Origin: Octopus vulgaris
Lineage: Eukaryota
DNA length: 64,000 nucleotides
Assembly (NCBI GenBank): GCA_951406725.2
Contig: OX597815.1
Span: forward strand, 2,852,001-2,916,000
Reading direction: 5' to 3'
The notes under the pieces are model-generated. The model was not told the DNA's origin. It did no database searches and saw only the letters and a list, made by a program, of their open reading frames with translations. How positions within the stretch are numbered: the first letter of the stretch is position 1; every line of letters starts with the position of its first letter. Positions 63,319 through 64,000 of this stretch are shown here, piece after piece. Position numbers and translations under genes: made by a program.

Positions 63319-63355
63319 AATAATAATAGTAATCAACGCTCGAAGACTAGATATA

Positions 63356-63562
63356 TATTTCTTTACTGCCCACAAGGGGTTAAACAGAGGGGACAAACAA
63401 GGACAAAGTCGATTACACCGATCCCAGTGTAAAACTGGTACTTTATCTTTCGACCCCCAAAGGATGAAAGCCAAAGTCGACCTCGGCGGAATTTGAACTC
63501 AGAACGTAACGGCAGACGAAATACGGCTACGCATTTCGCCCGGCGTGCTAACGATTCTGCCA
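63356..63562 (-). mobile_element. SINE family C monomer
   Basis: Homology to 48327-48558. Confidence 0.88.
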
Positions 63563-63569
63563 GATATAT

Positions 63570-63870
63570 TTGTGGTAGATAAAGAGAAAAGGAAACCAGA
63601 ATTATAGATACTGCAATACCTGGAGATGCATACATATGTGACAAAGAATTAGAAAAGATTGAAAAATAAAGACAACTAAATCGCAAGAATGTGGAGTATG
63701 AAGAGAGTGTTTGTCGGTCCAGTAGTTGTAAGGGTCACTCGAAGCACTAACAACCAAGTTCGAGAAATATGTCAGAAAATTCGGAATTGACATGAGAGCA
63801 GGGCAAGCCCCCAAAACTGCTCTGCTGGGGACAGCTAGGATTTTGAGATTGGTACTTGGATGTTGAATGT
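63570..63870 (+). mobile_element. REL-LINE 3' fragment
   Basis: IIDTAIPGD..DKELEKIEK..KTALLGTARILRLVLG. Confidence 0.8.
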
Positions 63871-64000
63871 CTTCCATGATAATTAACAACCTAGTATCAA
63901 AGCTTAAAATGTGCGGAAAGAGAGCCTGTGAGACCTCTGACAGCAGGCTGCTGTCTGCTCTCAGAGAATCTACCAGAACAAACAAGGCCGAACGTTCTGA

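Overview
Repeat-saturated eukaryotic non-coding DNA (intergenic or large intron). It is most likely from an octopus or other coleoid cephalopod; this is inferred from recalled SINE families and microsatellite load, not from a database check. I find no credible host protein-coding exon. Almost all ORFs in the track are microsatellite artefacts or decayed transposon fragments. The window holds three abundant tRNA-derived SINE families (A, B, C), fragments of REL-endonuclease, RTE and CR1-like LINEs, an internally deleted Gypsy element with two LTRs, Tc1/mariner, pogo and hAT MITEs, non-autonomous Helitrons, several Penelope-like element (PLE) remnants, a full-length U2 snRNA retrocopy fused to a LINE-like tail, and very large micro/minisatellite arrays. 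The most interesting signals are: (1) at least five unrelated repeat families carrying minimal type I hammerhead-ribozyme motifs with palindromic stem III, one of them a tRNA-headed (Pol III) SINE with a hammerhead tail in a PLE-style inverted arrangement; (2) a ~555-bp ORF-less, (AAT)n-targeted retroelement present six times; (3) a cluster of RFX X-boxes in unique DNA; (4) a twin-primed RTE insertion; (5) a strand-specific pre-miRNA-like hairpin. Coordinates were read by eye, and boundaries of decayed repeats are approximate.
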